Assembly (NCBI GenBank): GCA_965246715.1
Contig: CBDFFH010000015.1
Span: 96,001 to 160,000 of the forward strand
Source: Chamaesiphon sp.
Lineage (GTDB): Bacteria; Cyanobacteriota; Cyanobacteriia; Cyanobacteriales; Chamaesiphonaceae
DNA length: 64,000 nucleotides
Direction of reading: 5' to 3'
Of this stretch, positions 41,337-52,558 are shown in pieces. The position numbers were made by a program, and so were the translations under genes. Within the stretch, counting starts at the first letter, position 1; every line of letters starts with the position of its first letter. Below the pieces are notes generated by a model that made no database searches, had not been told where the DNA came from, and saw only the letters and a program-made list of their open reading frames with translations.

Positions 41337-41408
41337 CGATCGATCTCCAACCCAAAATACTAAATTCTTGTCTAAGATCGATTGAGATACAACTATATTG
41401 AAAGTCTA

Positions 41409-41720
41409 TCAGGATACATATTTAAAACCATTTCCATAAACAATCACTTCTGCACCCCCGGTAACTACGCTTGGATTAGCAATTTTTACTCCTATTACTC
41501 CATCATAACCAGCCTTTTTAGCTTTTTTATCTAACTCTTGCAATGCTATATCTATAGCCTCTTGGATCGTATCTTCATAATGATTCATCCGTCCACCTAT
41601 CAAATCTTTTATGTTTGATCGAATATCCTTAACAACGTTTGCAGAATTGACAATAACAATTGTCAGTAATTCACCAATTTCAATTCCTGGATTTTGCAAA
41701 GAATCTAGACTAACTAGCAT
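41409..41720 (-). CDS. YbjQ/UPF0145-family protein
   Basis: [38 protein letters not shown]; overlaps the 3' end of the upstream gene. Confidence 0.85.
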   Translation of the reverse strand: MLVSLDSLQNPGIEIGELLTIVIVNSANVVKDIRSNIKDLIGGRMNHYEDTIQEAIDIALQELDKKAKKAGYDGVIGVKIANPSVVTGGAEVIVYGNGFKYVS

Positions 41721-43536
41721 TTGATTCACCTAATATTTTTTGTGATTGAGTAGTCCGTTTCCATTGATAAAGTAAGACCAACGGTAATATAGCCAGAATG
41801 ATGAGCAAGGCAGACAAGAAAGCCATTGGAATAAAACCAAATTTGTCAGCCATTAATTCCCAGGAGATAGCACCTGTCGATAGCTTAAAGATTCCATCAA
41901 ATATCAAGAATTGATTATTTGGGGCTTCCCAAAATTCTATCGCAGCATTAATATTACCGCTTTTTACAATATGTGCCATGACGCTATTGTTTTTAATTAT
42001 TGAAGGATCTTCGTTAATTAAAAACTTTACAAGTTGATTTCTCTGTGGTTGTTTAAGCTCTTTTAAATAGCCTGCTAATCTTTCCAGATCGCTAGCTGAT
42101 AAATGCACAGAAAGTGATAGCAAGTTTTTCTTGGGTATCGACAGCAAGCTGCGAATAGAGTCAGTATTTAGAAGTGTAACTTTAGATATTGTAGAAGAAT
42201 CCTTTATCTCTAAAATATCTAGCAAAAGCTTGCGATCTAAATTTTCAAGGGGTAAATTTTTGTATAGCTCTAGCTCTATAACTTCTTTAATTTGATTGCC
42301 TGCTAAGTTATGCCACTCAACTAAGTCAGATAAGTTATGAGTAGTTTCAATCATTTTATAGCTAACTTCTGGCAATGATAGTGCTCGAGTAAATGTACCA
42401 TCTTTAATGGATTCCATTAGTTGGCTACGACCCATATTGTTTAAGGCAATACCTATCAGCAGAGATATTCTTGGTATATTATCTTCATTTAATATTTCTT
42501 TAAATTCAGGTAGCTCCCTAGCGATACTTAAAGTATCTCGAAAATCTTTCTGAAAATCCAGCCATGAAGCATAGACATCATTAGAAATTTCTCTAGCAAT
42601 TTGAGGAATTTCAGTCTGAACTTCTTTTTCTATAGTAGAGACTATTCCTTTTTGAATAGTTTGTTTTATATCTGGATTTTTCAGGGATTTCTGGATTGTT
42701 GGTAATGCTCCATCAAAACTTTTTATTAATTCAGTTCCAATTAGAGAAAGGCTAATAATCTCACCAATACCTGGAATTAATCCACTCCCAAAGCGACTTA
42801 GAACTCGCTCACTTAATTGTTGAAAAACTCTATTAGCAATTGTACCAACAACTTTTTTCCTGAGCTTTGCTGTAATCGAGGTAGCAAGGAAAGCACCACC
42901 ACCCATAAATCCAAATTTATGTTGCTCGATATATTGAATAGTATCTGGCTTTAAAGAACCTATTGCATCAGAATCTATATCCGAAGATTTGATTTTTTTA
43001 CTAAATGTATTTACGAATGCTTCTGAGTACTGGCGATTAACAAATTTCTGGAGACAATCGATAGCATAGGATGAAGATTTTGCGGAAGTCACTTCTAACT
43101 TGTCTGAAAGTGTTTCAGACACATTTTTAGATAATTGATTCAATTTTCCCTTTAACAATGGTGCATTGAATGCAATTTCAGTAACCTCATTAGCCAATTC
43201 TTCTGCTTTAGAGGGCATCCAACTGCTTTGAAATCGATTCATTAAGCCAGTATTATCATTAACCATCAGTACTGCATTATCAATTTCAGAATCAATAACC
43301 GAGTCAAGCTTTAATGTTCGCCATTCCCTATGAACTATGTCTCCAAAGTCCACATTGGTTTGATCTTCAAGAAAGTCCTGTATGCTAAGATTCAGATCTA
43401 GCCGTAATTGTGCCTCGCTAATTTCTTCGCACTTAGAAGGAAGATGATATACCTGTTCAGCAATTGGTGCTGCATATGCGACCGTATTGTTTATCATTAA
43501 ACAAAATATAAGGCACCATGTTAGTAATCTTTTCAT
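41710..43536 (-). CDS. Hypothetical 608-aa protein with a signal peptide and a C-terminal TM anchor
   Basis: Long AT-rich ORF, AxA-type cleavage (AYA-A), central Gly-rich hydrophobic stretch, C-terminal TM. Confidence 0.8.
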   Translation of the reverse strand: MKRLLTWCLIFCLMINNTVAYAAPIAEQVYHLPSKCEEISEAQLRLDLNLSIQDFLEDQTNVDFGDIVHREWRTLKLDSVIDSEIDNAVLMVNDNTGLMNRFQSSWMPSKAEELANEVTEIAFNAPLLKGKLNQLSKNVSETLSDKLEVTSAKSSSYAIDCLQKFVNRQYSEAFVNTFSKKIKSSDIDSDAIGSLKPDTIQYIEQHKFGFMGGGAFLATSITAKLRKKVVGTIANRVFQQLSERVLSRFGSGLIPGIGEIISLSLIGTELIKSFDGALPTIQKSLKNPDIKQTIQKGIVSTIEKEVQTEIPQIAREISNDVYASWLDFQKDFRDTLSIARELPEFKEILNEDNIPRISLLIGIALNNMGRSQLMESIKDGTFTRALSLPEVSYKMIETTHNLSDLVEWHNLAGNQIKEVIELELYKNLPLENLDRKLLLDILEIKDSSTISKVTLLNTDSIRSLLSIPKKNLLSLSVHLSASDLERLAGYLKELKQPQRNQLVKFLINEDPSIIKNNSVMAHIVKSGNINAAIEFWEAPNNQFLIFDGIFKLSTGAISWELMADKFGFIPMAFLSALLIILAILPLVLLYQWKRTTQSQKILGESNAS

Positions 43537-43738
43537 GGAAAATAAGATGCTGAATATTAATTAAATATGTTGTATGCACGGCAAAGTAGCCCTGTAGGTT
43601 TTAGCCAATTTTATACTGCGCTACTATAGTTAAATTAAGTATTCCCTGAATCACCTCCAAAACAGCAGTAACTAGAATTAAATTTTAGTTACTGCTACGG
43701 TAATTAGGACGTTCGAGATGAATGAAACCGATAGATAA

Positions 43739-43780
43739 AAAAATGAAGCAGAGTGGATCGATCCACTCTGCTTCATTTTT
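43739..43780. terminator. Perfect 42-bp palindrome downstream of glsF (likely terminator)
   Basis: AAAAATGAAGCAGAGTGGATC|GATCCACTCTGCTTCATTTTT. Confidence 0.75.
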
Positions 43781-43793
43781 ACAGCATCACGAC

Positions 43794-46700
43794 CTAAGCA
43801 CTCACAGCCTGTTTAGCACTAGTCTCCGGTGTTTCCGCCTCCGAAGGAGGCACCAACTGCCAGAACTTAGGCAGATACTCCGCCCACCGACTCAAGATTT
43901 CCTGCGCCTTCTGACTCCCCGTTTTCGCACCATGCGCCGCAATTAGATCCTTCAATTGCTTCTCACCTGCCGCTGTTTCTACCCGTTGCCATTTGACGAT
44001 TTCGGGATTGATTTTGGCGATGAAAGTGTCATCCTCGTCGAGGAAATAACCCAAACCGCCTGTCATCCCCGCACCGACATTCCGCCCGACTTGACCGAGG
44101 ACGACTACTACGCCGCCGGTCATGTATTCACAACAGTGATCGCCAGTACCTTCGACTACTGCGGTGGCGCGGGAGTTGCGGACGGCGAAGCGTTCGCCTG
44201 CTCGTCCGTTGGCGAAGAGGTAGCCGCCGGTGGCTCCGTAGAGGCAGGTATTACCGATGATGACGTTGCGGCTGGTATCGAAGGTAGTGCCTGTGTGGGG
44301 TTTGATGACGATTTCGCCGCCATTGATGCCTTTACATACGTAGTCATTGCTTTCGCCTGTGAGGATCAGGCTGACTCCTTCGTGGTTGAATGCGCCGAAG
44401 CTTTGTCCGGCTGCCCCCTCGAAGTTGAGCGTGAGTTGACCTTCAAAGGCGCTGTCGCCATATTTGAGGGCAATTGCACCGGAGATGCGTCCGCCAACAG
44501 ATCGATCGGTATTAATAATCTTCCAGGATTTACTTGCCACGCCTTGATTTGCGATCGCGGCTTGAATCTCGCTATCTGCTAGAATTTCATCATCCAAGAC
44601 GGTGCCATTGGTATGTACATCGCCGTGCGTGAGGAAGGATCGATCGACCTTCGTAGCTGGTAACTGTGTCAAGCAGTCGAGGTTGAGTGTTTTGACTTTA
44701 GTTAACACCACATCTGGACGCATGGTAAATAAATCTGCACGTCCGACTAGTTCGTTCAACGATCGATAGCCGAGCCGAGCTAAAATACTTCGCACTTCTT
44801 CGGCGATAAAGTAGAAGAAATTTACTACCTGTTCGGGGATGCCAGGGAAGCGCGCGCGTAAGTCTTCGCGCTGGGAAGCTACGCCGACGGGACATTTATT
44901 GGTATGACAGATGCGCGCCATGATACAACCTTCAGCGATCATCGCGATCGAACCGAAGCCATATTCTTCCGCGCCCATTAACGCAGCGACGATAATATCC
45001 CAGCCGGATTTTAACCCACCATCGACGCGGAGTAAGACGCGATCTCGTAAGTTATTTTCCATTAGCACTCGGTGAACTTCAGTTAGACCGAGTTCCCATG
45101 GGCTGCCAGCATGTTTGATAGAGGATAGGGGCGACGCACCCGTACCGCCGTCGTGACCAGAGATCTGGATGATGTCGGCGTTGGCTTTGGCTACGCCTGC
45201 GGCGATAGTACCGATGCCGATTTCGGCGACGAGTTTGACGGATACTCGGGCTTTCGGGTTGATTTGGTGGAGATCGTAGATTAGTTGCTCTAGATCTTCG
45301 ATCGAGTAAATATCGTGGTGCGGTGGTGGGGAAATCAGCATTACCCCTGGTTTCGATCGCCGCAACATGGCGATGTATTGGCTGACTTTTGGCCCTGGTA
45401 ATTGTCCGCCTTCACCTGGTTTTGCACCTTGGGCGAGTTTGATTTCGATCTGTTTGGCACTCATCAGGTATTCCGGTGTCACCCCAAAGCGTCCCGATGC
45501 TACCTGTTTGATCGCACTCATGGCGGTGTCGCCATTCCGCAAGCCATTTAAGTGCGGGAGAATAGATGATTTACCATTGACAGCATCATCGATCGTTTTA
45601 TAACGTACCGGATCTTCGCCGCCTTCGCCGCTATTAGATTTAGCACCGAGGCGATTCATCGCGATGGCGAGGACTTCATGAGCTTCCCGTGACAATGCGC
45701 CGAGGGACATCCCCCCAGTGCAAAAGCGTTTGACGATATCGCTTACCGACTCGACTTCTTCGAGACTAATGGGATTTCGATCGCTTTTGAAGTCCAGCAG
45801 GTCGCGTAGCGCCGTTAAGGGGCGTTCCTGAAGATATTTTTTATAGGTATCATAGTGGTCGTAACCCGCCTGAGTCTGGTAAGCATCTACCGCTTTGTGC
45901 AGTGCTTTGGCCATTTGGGGGCTATTCATGTGATACTCGCCACTGGGACGGTAGTTGAAGAAGCCGAGGTTTTCCAGCTTGCGGAGTTCTTGGGGGAACG
46001 CCTTGTGGTGGAATGTCATGGTTTCCTGGGCTACGTCGGCGATAGTCAAACCACCGATGCGGGAAGTCGTTCCTTTAAATGCGAGATCGAGTAATTGCCG
46101 ACCGATGCCGATCGCTTCAAAGATTTGCGCTCCTTGGTAGGATGATAATAAGGAGATCCCCATCTTCGAGAGAATTTTGAGCAAACCATCTTCGACGGCT
46201 TTGCGGTAATTAGCTTGCGCTTTGTCGATCGTCACTTTCAGTTCGCCGCGCGAAATTGCCGCTTGCGCTTTACTCGAATTCCACCAACTCCGGACGGATT
46301 CCCAAGCTAGGTACGGACAGACAGCCGAAGCACCAAAGCCAATCAGACAGGCGAAATGATGTGTGCTCCAGCACTGCGCGGTATCGACAATCAGCGATAC
46401 TCGACTGCGTAAGCCCCGATCGATCAGATAATGATGCACTGCACCGACAGCAACTAATGGTGGAATGTAGGTAATTTCCTCGGTTAAGCCGCTTTCCGAC
46501 CAATCGCTGAGCACGATAATCTGATTGCCTGAATTAACGTTATCGAATGCAGCGGCGCACAATCGCTCGATCGCAGGTTGCAATCCATTTGCGCCAGCCG
46601 CGACGGGATAGAGGGTGGATAAAAACCCACAACCGAGGGAGGAAGCTTTAATTACTTCCAATTCGGCTTCATTTAGCACGGGACTAGTTAATTTCAAGAA

Positions 46701-48392
46701 ACCAGCCGCTTCGGGTTTGGCTTCGAGTAAATTGCCTTTTTTCCCCAGACTGACATCGAGCGACATCACGAGTTTTTCGCGCAACGGATCGATCGCGGGA
46801 TTTGTTACCTGCGCGAACCGCTGTTTGAAGTAGTCGTAGAGCGGATGCGCTTTCTCTGACAATACCGCCAGGGGAATATCGTCGCCCATGCAGAAGGTTG
46901 GCTCCTTACCATTTTCCGCCATATCATTGACGATCGCCGTAATATCCTCTTCCGTGTAGCCGAAGGCGGTTTGCTGGCTCAGCAGTCCCGACTCGATCCG
47001 ACAACTAGTTTCAAACGTTTGTGCGGTGAGGGTTTGACGGTGCTCCTTGAGCCATGCGCCGTAGGGATGAGTTTTGGCGATGCGCTCTTTAACTTCCCAA
47101 TTATGTAAAATCTCTTGAGTTTCCAGATCGACGACAATCGTTTGGCCTGGGCCTAAGCGACCTTTTTCGACAATCTCGCTTGCAGGTAAATCGACGACTC
47201 CTGCCTCGGAGCCGACATATAGATAGCCATCTTTGGTAATGCAATACCTCGCTGGACGCAAACCATTGCGATCGAGTGTCGCGCCGACGATTTTGCCATC
47301 ACTAAACGAGAGCAACGCAGGGCCATCCCAAGCTTCTTGCAAACCGCTATAGTATTCATAAAAATCGGTAATCTCTGGATAATTCTCCAGTTCCGGCTGA
47401 TTTTTATATGCCTCTGGCACCATCATCATCAACCCCTCGATCGGACTCCGCCCCGATCGCACGATCAGTTCTAAGACATTATCTAATGTCCCCGAATCAC
47501 TATTATCCAGATTTAAAATCGGTTGCAATTCCCGCAACCTGTCCTTCCAAATCGGATGATTCAAATCGCCTTCCCGCGCGGTCATCCCATTAATATTTCC
47601 CAACAGGGTATTAATTTCCCCATTGTGTCCCAACATCCGCATCGGCTGTGCCAGCGGCCATTTTGGTAAGGTATTCGTACTAAATCGACGGTGATAGACC
47701 GCAAATGCCGCCGTAAATAGCGGATTGGTTAAGTCACTATAAAACTCGCCCAATACCGCCGATCGCACCATGCCTTTATACACGATCGTCCGACCAGACA
47801 GCGAACAGATATAGAAATCATCCCCAGGCTTAACCGTACCCTGTGATTGCAAGGCTTTGACAATTTTGCGCCGTACCAAATAAAACTGGCGTTCTAGCTC
47901 GTCGCCAGTAGCCGTTCCCGCGATAAATACTTGCTCGATACAAGGCTGATTTTCCCGCGCTTGCATCCCCAATGTCTCTGGATTGACAGGTACTTCCCGC
48001 CAGCCAATGAGTTGACACCCTTCGCGCTCGATCGTGTCAGCAATGATGCCCTTCGCAACACTCCGCTTGTATGCGTCTTGGGGTAAAAATACCATCCCCA
48101 CGCCCAATTGAGAGCGATCGCCCTGTGCGTACTCCCCAAACAACTCCCACGGAATACTCGTCAAAATCCCCGCCCCATCGCCAGAATCGCGATCGGCACT
48201 GCAACCACCGCGATGCTCCATACAAGTCAGCGCTGCCAAAGTTTGCTGGATTAATTTATGACTGGTCTTTCCCGCCGGACTAGCGATAAACCCCACCCCA
48301 CAAGCATCCCGCTCTTCCACGAGCCAGCGAGGTCCCAGGTAAGGAATATTATTAGCTTCAGGAGTATGCCAATGACTGTCAGATTGGTTCAT
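43794..48392 (-). CDS. glsF: Ferredoxin-dependent glutamate synthase
   Basis: ERDACGVGF (Ntn Cys), [48 protein letters not shown] repeats; no gltD nearby. Confidence 0.95.
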   Translation of the reverse strand: MNQSDSHWHTPEANNIPYLGPRWLVEERDACGVGFIASPAGKTSHKLIQQTLAALTCMEHRGGCSADRDSGDGAGILTSIPWELFGEYAQGDRSQLGVGMVFLPQDAYKRSVAKGIIADTIEREGCQLIGWREVPVNPETLGMQARENQPCIEQVFIAGTATGDELERQFYLVRRKIVKALQSQGTVKPGDDFYICSLSGRTIVYKGMVRSAVLGEFYSDLTNPLFTAAFAVYHRRFSTNTLPKWPLAQPMRMLGHNGEINTLLGNINGMTAREGDLNHPIWKDRLRELQPILNLDNSDSGTLDNVLELIVRSGRSPIEGLMMMVPEAYKNQPELENYPEITDFYEYYSGLQEAWDGPALLSFSDGKIVGATLDRNGLRPARYCITKDGYLYVGSEAGVVDLPASEIVEKGRLGPGQTIVVDLETQEILHNWEVKERIAKTHPYGAWLKEHRQTLTAQTFETSCRIESGLLSQQTAFGYTEEDITAIVNDMAENGKEPTFCMGDDIPLAVLSEKAHPLYDYFKQRFAQVTNPAIDPLREKLVMSLDVSLGKKGNLLEAKPEAAGFLKLTSPVLNEAELEVIKASSLGCGFLSTLYPVAAGANGLQPAIERLCAAAFDNVNSGNQIIVLSDWSESGLTEEITYIPPLVAVGAVHHYLIDRGLRSRVSLIVDTAQCWSTHHFACLIGFGASAVCPYLAWESVRSWWNSSKAQAAISRGELKVTIDKAQANYRKAVEDGLLKILSKMGISLLSSYQGAQIFEAIGIGRQLLDLAFKGTTSRIGGLTIADVAQETMTFHHKAFPQELRKLENLGFFNYRPSGEYHMNSPQMAKALHKAVDAYQTQAGYDHYDTYKKYLQERPLTALRDLLDFKSDRNPISLEEVESVSDIVKRFCTGGMSLGALSREAHEVLAIAMNRLGAKSNSGEGGEDPVRYKTIDDAVNGKSSILPHLNGLRNGDTAMSAIKQVASGRFGVTPEYLMSAKQIEIKLAQGAKPGEGGQLPGPKVSQYIAMLRRSKPGVMLISPPPHHDIYSIEDLEQLIYDLHQINPKARVSVKLVAEIGIGTIAAGVAKANADIIQISGHDGGTGASPLSSIKHAGSPWELGLTEVHRVLMENNLRDRVLLRVDGGLKSGWDIIVAALMGAEEYGFGSIAMIAEGCIMARICHTNKCPVGVASQREDLRARFPGIPEQVVNFFYFIAEEVRSILARLGYRSLNELVGRADLFTMRPDVVLTKVKTLNLDCLTQLPATKVDRSFLTHGDVHTNGTVLDDEILADSEIQAAIANQGVASKSWKIINTDRSVGGRISGAIALKYGDSAFEGQLTLNFEGAAGQSFGAFNHEGVSLILTGESNDYVCKGINGGEIVIKPHTGTTFDTSRNVIIGNTCLYGATGGYLFANGRAGERFAVRNSRATAVVEGTGDHCCEYMTGGVVVVLGQVGRNVGAGMTGGLGYFLDEDDTFIAKINPEIVKWQRVETAAGEKQLKDLIAAHGAKTGSQKAQEILSRWAEYLPKFWQLVPPSEAETPETSAKQAVSA

Positions 48393-48561
48393 GGTGGGGG
48401 AGTCGAAATAATGTTATGAGGATGGGTAGCGGCAATAGTTGGTGTTGTTTCCAACCCAAAATAATCATTCAAGACTCAAACAGCCAAAACGTTTGAGTCA
48501 GTTTAGGAAAGTCAATTATATTACCTAATTGTTGAGATATTATAGAGTTATTTTCTTGTTT

Positions 48562-48604
48562 AGCGTAAGGGTAGCAATCTATGCATTATGTAGCTATAGA
48601 TACA
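48562..48604 (-). promoter_or_regulatory. NtcA-activated-type promoter oriented toward glsF
   Basis: TGTA-N8-TACA at 48589-48604, then 22 nt, then a TAN3T box (TACGCT on the minus strand, 48567-48562). Confidence 0.7.
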
Positions 48605-49137
48605 GATTGCTGCTTAAACTCGATCTATTGGCAAGAACTTCTCGATCGGGTACTTTTAACTTAGAACATACGCATACCGATTTTAATCCAATCGATCTAT
48701 TAACATATCACCAAATTTGGCATAATATCGACTCCTGTTAAATAGAATCGATCGCTTTAGCGAAAGTTATCCAGTTTCTTCCTCCGAGATTGTCCTGCAC
48801 GTCCTGGTGTATCGGTTGGAAATATGTCTTGGGGCAAGCTGCGAGAAAACAGATCGACTATTTGTAAACAATAAATGAGAGTAACCACTCATCTCAAGGT
48901 GTAATTTAGCAATCGAGACAGTCCAAAGCTCGGAAAATAGGTAAATTTCTAAGCGATCGAGTCAGCCAGGATCGCTAAATCGCCTACTTCCTAGCAAAAA
49001 ATATGAAATTTCTCATTTAATCGACAAACAGATGACAAATGTTATCCAGTAAGGATTACCCGCATCGATCCCTCTGTGGAATGCCTGCAAAATCGACCGA
49101 TTTGAGTCAATTTAGATCGATCGAGTAGAGAAAACCC

Positions 49138-49166
49138 TTTACAAAGCTCAACATATGCTCTAATAT
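49138..49166 (+). promoter_or_regulatory. Sigma70-type psbA promoter
   Basis: TTTACA-17 nt-TAATAT, ~63 nt upstream of the ATG. Confidence 0.75.
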
Positions 49167-49229
49167 GAAATGCATAGGGGTCGAGGCAATCGAACCCGTA
49201 CCTAGAAAATTCATCGCCATCATAAACAA

Positions 49230-50312
49230 ATGACTACTACCTTACAACGTCGCGAAAGCGCAAACGTATGGGAAAAGTTCTGTAGCTGGGTCACATCCAC
49301 CGAAAACCGCATTTATGTCGGTTGGTTCGGTGTATTAATGGTTCCTACATTACTCTCCGCCACAATCTGCTTCATCATCGCGTTCATCGCGGCACCTCCA
49401 GTAGACATCGACGGCATCCGCGAACCAGTCGCTGGTTCCTTAATGTTCGGTAACAACATCATTTCTGGTGCAGTTATTCCTTCATCCAACGCTATCGGTC
49501 TGCACTTCTACCCAATCTGGGAAGCAGCTTCCCTCGATGAGTGGTTGTACAACGGCGGCCCTTACCAACTAGTAGTATTCCACTTCTTAATTGGAATCTT
49601 CTGCTACATGGGTCGTGAATGGGAACTCTCCTACCGTTTAGGGATGCGTCCTTGGATCTGTGTTGCTTACTCCGCTCCCGTAGCAGCAGCAACCGCAGTA
49701 TTCTTGATCTACCCAATCGGTCAAGGTTCGTTCTCTGACGGTATGCCTTTAGGTATCTCCGGTACGTTCAACTTCATGATCGTCTTCCAAGCAGAGCACA
49801 ACATCCTGATGCACCCCTTCCACATGTTGGGAGTAGCTGGTGTATTTGGTGGTTCGTTATTCTCCGCAATGCATGGTTCCTTGGTAACTTCCTCTTTAGT
49901 TCGTGAAACAACTGAAGTTGAAAGCCAAAACTATGGTTACAAATTCGGTCAAGAAGAAGAAACTTACAACATCGTTGCAGCTCACGGCTACTTCGGTCGT
50001 TTGATCTTCCAATACGCTTCCTTCAACAACAGCCGTTCGTTGCACTTCTTCTTGGGTGCATGGCCTGTAGTTGGCATCTGGTTCACTTCTTTGGGTGTAT
50101 CCACGATGGCGTTCAACCTCAACGGTTTCAACTTCAACCAATCGGTTGTCGATGCTCAAGGTCATGGAATCAATACCTGGGCTGACATCATCAACCGCGC
50201 TAACCTCGGTATGGAAGTAATGCACGAGCGCAACGCTCACAACTTCCCACTCGATTTAGCTGCTGGTGAGTCTACTCCTGTTGCTTTAGTCGCTCCTTCG
50301 ATTAACGGTTAA
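49230..50312 (+). CDS. psbA: Photosystem II D1 protein (Glu130, D1:2/high-light type)
   Basis: 360 aa; Y161, D170, E189, H190, H332, E333, H337, D342 and A344 all present; MGREWE gives E130. Confidence 0.99.
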   Translation: MTTTLQRRESANVWEKFCSWVTSTENRIYVGWFGVLMVPTLLSATICFIIAFIAAPPVDIDGIREPVAGSLMFGNNIISGAVIPSSNAIGLHFYPIWEAASLDEWLYNGGPYQLVVFHFLIGIFCYMGREWELSYRLGMRPWICVAYSAPVAAATAVFLIYPIGQGSFSDGMPLGISGTFNFMIVFQAEHNILMHPFHMLGVAGVFGGSLFSAMHGSLVTSSLVRETTEVESQNYGYKFGQEEETYNIVAAHGYFGRLIFQYASFNNSRSLHFFLGAWPVVGIWFTSLGVSTMAFNLNGFNFNQSVVDAQGHGINTWADIINRANLGMEVMHERNAHNFPLDLAAGESTPVALVAPSING

Positions 50313-50333
50313 TTCCGACTGATTGAATGATTT

Positions 50334-50369
50334 AAAACCCCCCTCACTATCACTAGTGAGGGGGGTTTT
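50334..50369 (+). terminator. Intrinsic terminator of psbA
   Basis: AAAACCCCCCTCACTA-tcac-TAGTGAGGGGGGTTTT. Confidence 0.85.
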
Positions 50370-50382
50370 GTGTTGGGAATTC

Positions 50383-50415
50383 GATCCCTGACTTTTTCCA
50401 AAAAGTCGGGGATCT
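50383..50415. repeat. REP-like hairpin GATCCCTGACTTTTT-cc-AAAAAGTCGGGGATC
   Basis: Near-perfect inverted repeat of a type common in cyanobacterial intergenic DNA. Confidence 0.6.
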
Positions 50416-50466
50416 CTCCACTCTGGGTTATTATAAAATTGGATAAATAAGATCTGGATAATTACT

Positions 50467-51003
50467 GTGGATTTGCATCCTTATGATGGTGTCAACCGTC
50501 GTTTTCTCCATACAGATATCGATCGAACGGCTGGATTTGATGTCATAGCCAGGATACTCCGCTTACCCATATCTTTGTTGAAAAACGATATTCTCTACGA
50601 TCTTTCATTTTATAGTGGTGGCGTTGGTATTATCGATCGGCTAGCAATATCGCTCCCTGCCGATGTTACTCTCTGGGCAAGCATTATAGATAAACTAGGA
50701 GCCAAGACAATTGAAGCTGCAAACCAAAATTCAGATTGGGCTTCAGATCTGGCTTGGCTTGTTTCTGATGGAGAAGATGATGAGGAAGAGGAAAATGAGC
50801 TAATAATCGTGGATCGTGAAGCAGCGATTAAGTTTGTCAATGGCGAGCGTTATAAGTTTCAAACATCATGCAAAACGATCGATAGGATTTACTTTACCGA
50901 GGAAAGTAATGTCAATTCTTGGTGTGCTTTATGGGGGGAGGATCGAAATATTAAGGCTCTTCACTACTTAGTATGCCAAGTTAATGATTGGGATGCCAAT
51001 TAA
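50467..51003 (+). CDS. Hypothetical acidic protein
   Basis: 178-aa ORF with a GTG start; no recognised motif. Confidence 0.55.
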   Translation: MDLHPYDGVNRRFLHTDIDRTAGFDVIARILRLPISLLKNDILYDLSFYSGGVGIIDRLAISLPADVTLWASIIDKLGAKTIEAANQNSDWASDLAWLVSDGEDDEEEENELIIVDREAAIKFVNGERYKFQTSCKTIDRIYFTEESNVNSWCALWGEDRNIKALHYLVCQVNDWDAN

Positions 51004-51006
51004 GTA

Positions 51007-51339
51007 ACGTCAGTTCGGGTTAAGCAAATTGCGATAATCTAGTGATGGCTGGACTTGTGAGGGAATTAATTCTCAATATTAACTTACTCCTCACTAACAA
51101 CCTACCGTTGAGTAACTGCCGAAGGCAATCCACGCTAGCACCCTAGCAATCCATTCGCAGGGGAGTCTGAGGGGCGGCGACCCGCTGTCTTGACCCAAAC
51201 GCACGCTGAGGGAGCCTCAGCGCAATTTGGGTCGCTCCTCAGCGGGGGGCCTGGGGGTCGGTACCCCCAGATCCGGGTTTTTGCTTCTACCAATAACATT
51301 TGCACTTCTCAACGATCGATTCTTCTCCCGAACTGACGT
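51007..51339. mobile_element. TA-targeting MITE-like element (333 bp) with internal GC-rich hairpins
   Basis: Perfect 13-bp TIR ACGTCAGTTCGGG/CCCGAACTGACGT, flanked by TA at 51005-6 and 51340-1. Confidence 0.8.
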
Positions 51340-52334
51340 TAGTCAGCTAATTTAGCCAACAAAGAACGGACATCTGCCGTTGCCATCCGCGCACCCAACG
51401 TCGTTACAACTTGAGCAGAAGCTAGCGATCCCAACCGACCCGCACTCGCCCAATCCATGCCGTTAGTAATGCCATAGAGTACTCCACCAGCATACATATC
51501 ACCAGCACCGACAGTATCGATCGCTTTCACCGGAAATGGTTCGATTTGAATTAATTCTTGCCCATCAAAGATCATCGAACCTTTCGATCCCAATGTAATT
51601 GCAAATGTCTCAGCCAGCGTTTTGAAATGAGCGATAGCTTCAGTTAGATCTTGCGTTCCTGACAACTCGAATGCTTCGCTTTCATTAGCAAATAACAAAT
51701 CGACACCACCCCCAATCATCTCCAGTAGTCCTTGTTTGAAGAATTTCGCCATATTCTGGTCGGAAAGGGTCAGTGCGACCTTTTGACCAGCTGCTGCGGC
51801 GATCTCTCTGGCTTTGATTGCGGCTTGCTTGCTAGTTTCACCTGTCACGAGGTAGCCCTCGATATAAGTATAAGTTGCATTGGCGATCGCTTCAGGCGCT
51901 AGTTCGGCTTCCGAAAAGCTGGAAGAGATGCCCAGAAAGGTGTTCATCGTTCGATCGGCATCAGGAGTCACCAGTACCAGACATTTACCTGTAATCCCCG
52001 CTGCGGCGGTGTTGTGCTGGAGATCGAGATCGACACCGCATTGACGCAACTCGTCGAGATAATAAGCTCCAGGTTCGTCGTTGGCTACTTTGCATGAGTA
52101 GAAAGCTTTACCACCAAACTGACTGACAGCCACGATCGTATTTGCACCAGAACCGCCACTGGTGCGTTTGGTTGCGCGATCGCCCAACCGCGCTAAAATT
52201 TTGTTCTGACTCTCTTCATCGAGCAGCGTCATCACCCCTTTGTCGATGCTCAATTCATCAAGCACTGTTGGCGCTACTTCGCATTCTATATCTAGTAAAG
52301 CGTTACCGAGTCCATATACGTCGTAGCGTGTCAT
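51339..52334 (-). CDS. PfkB-family carbohydrate/adenosine kinase
   Basis: GLGNALLD, SGGSGANT, ADRTMNT.LG, FANESEA, IDTVGAGDMYAGG; likely start MTRYDV at 52334. Confidence 0.92.
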   Translation of the reverse strand: MTRYDVYGLGNALLDIECEVAPTVLDELSIDKGVMTLLDEESQNKILARLGDRATKRTSGGSGANTIVAVSQFGGKAFYSCKVANDEPGAYYLDELRQCGVDLDLQHNTAAAGITGKCLVLVTPDADRTMNTFLGISSSFSEAELAPEAIANATYTYIEGYLVTGETSKQAAIKAREIAAAAGQKVALTLSDQNMAKFFKQGLLEMIGGGVDLLFANESEAFELSGTQDLTEAIAHFKTLAETFAITLGSKGSMIFDGQELIQIEPFPVKAIDTVGAGDMYAGGVLYGITNGMDWASAGRLGSLASAQVVTTLGARMATADVRSLLAKLAD

Positions 52335-52416
52335 AAAATTCCTCACCAAGCAAGTTAACAAATAAGATCGAATTCCCTTCATCAAGAATACCTGTTTAAC
52401 CGCCCCCTCAACCGAT

Positions 52417-52440
52417 TCTCTCACACAGAGGCTGCGCCAA
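52417..52440. mobile_element. 24-nt HIP1-inserted micro-element (SDR5-like)
   Basis: CCGAT|TCTCTCACACAGAGGCTGCGCCAA|CG; removing it restores CGATCG. Confidence 0.75.
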
Positions 52441-52473
52441 CGACCCAGTAATTAGCGTAACTTTACAATCTCA

Positions 52474-52516
52474 TGTATCTTAAATCACAAAAAAGATCTA
52501 AGATTAACCGTAATAT
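52474..52516 (+). promoter_or_regulatory. NtcA-activated-type promoter of urtA
   Basis: TGTA-N8-CACA (one mismatch), then 22 nt, then TAATAT. Confidence 0.7.
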
Positions 52517-52558
52517 CACAGCCAATAAATTCTGTGTGAAGAGTAGAGTTAAAAATCA

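Noticed and set aside
36300..41400. CRISPR array or classical integron as the explanation for the recurring modules
   Set aside because: The repeats are 20-130 nt, diverged, irregularly spaced and partly protein-coding. There is no cas gene or tyrosine integrase in the window and no clear attC structure by eye.
43722..48283. Numerous 60-208-aa ORFs overlapping glsF, and similar shadow ORFs over other genes
   Set aside because: They are antisense or out-of-frame shadows of well-supported genes with no recognisable motifs.
49230..50312. Rogue, chlorophyll-f-synthase or far-red D1
   Set aside because: All Mn-cluster ligands, Yz/H190 and the A344 processing site are standard, and there are no FaRLiP neighbours.
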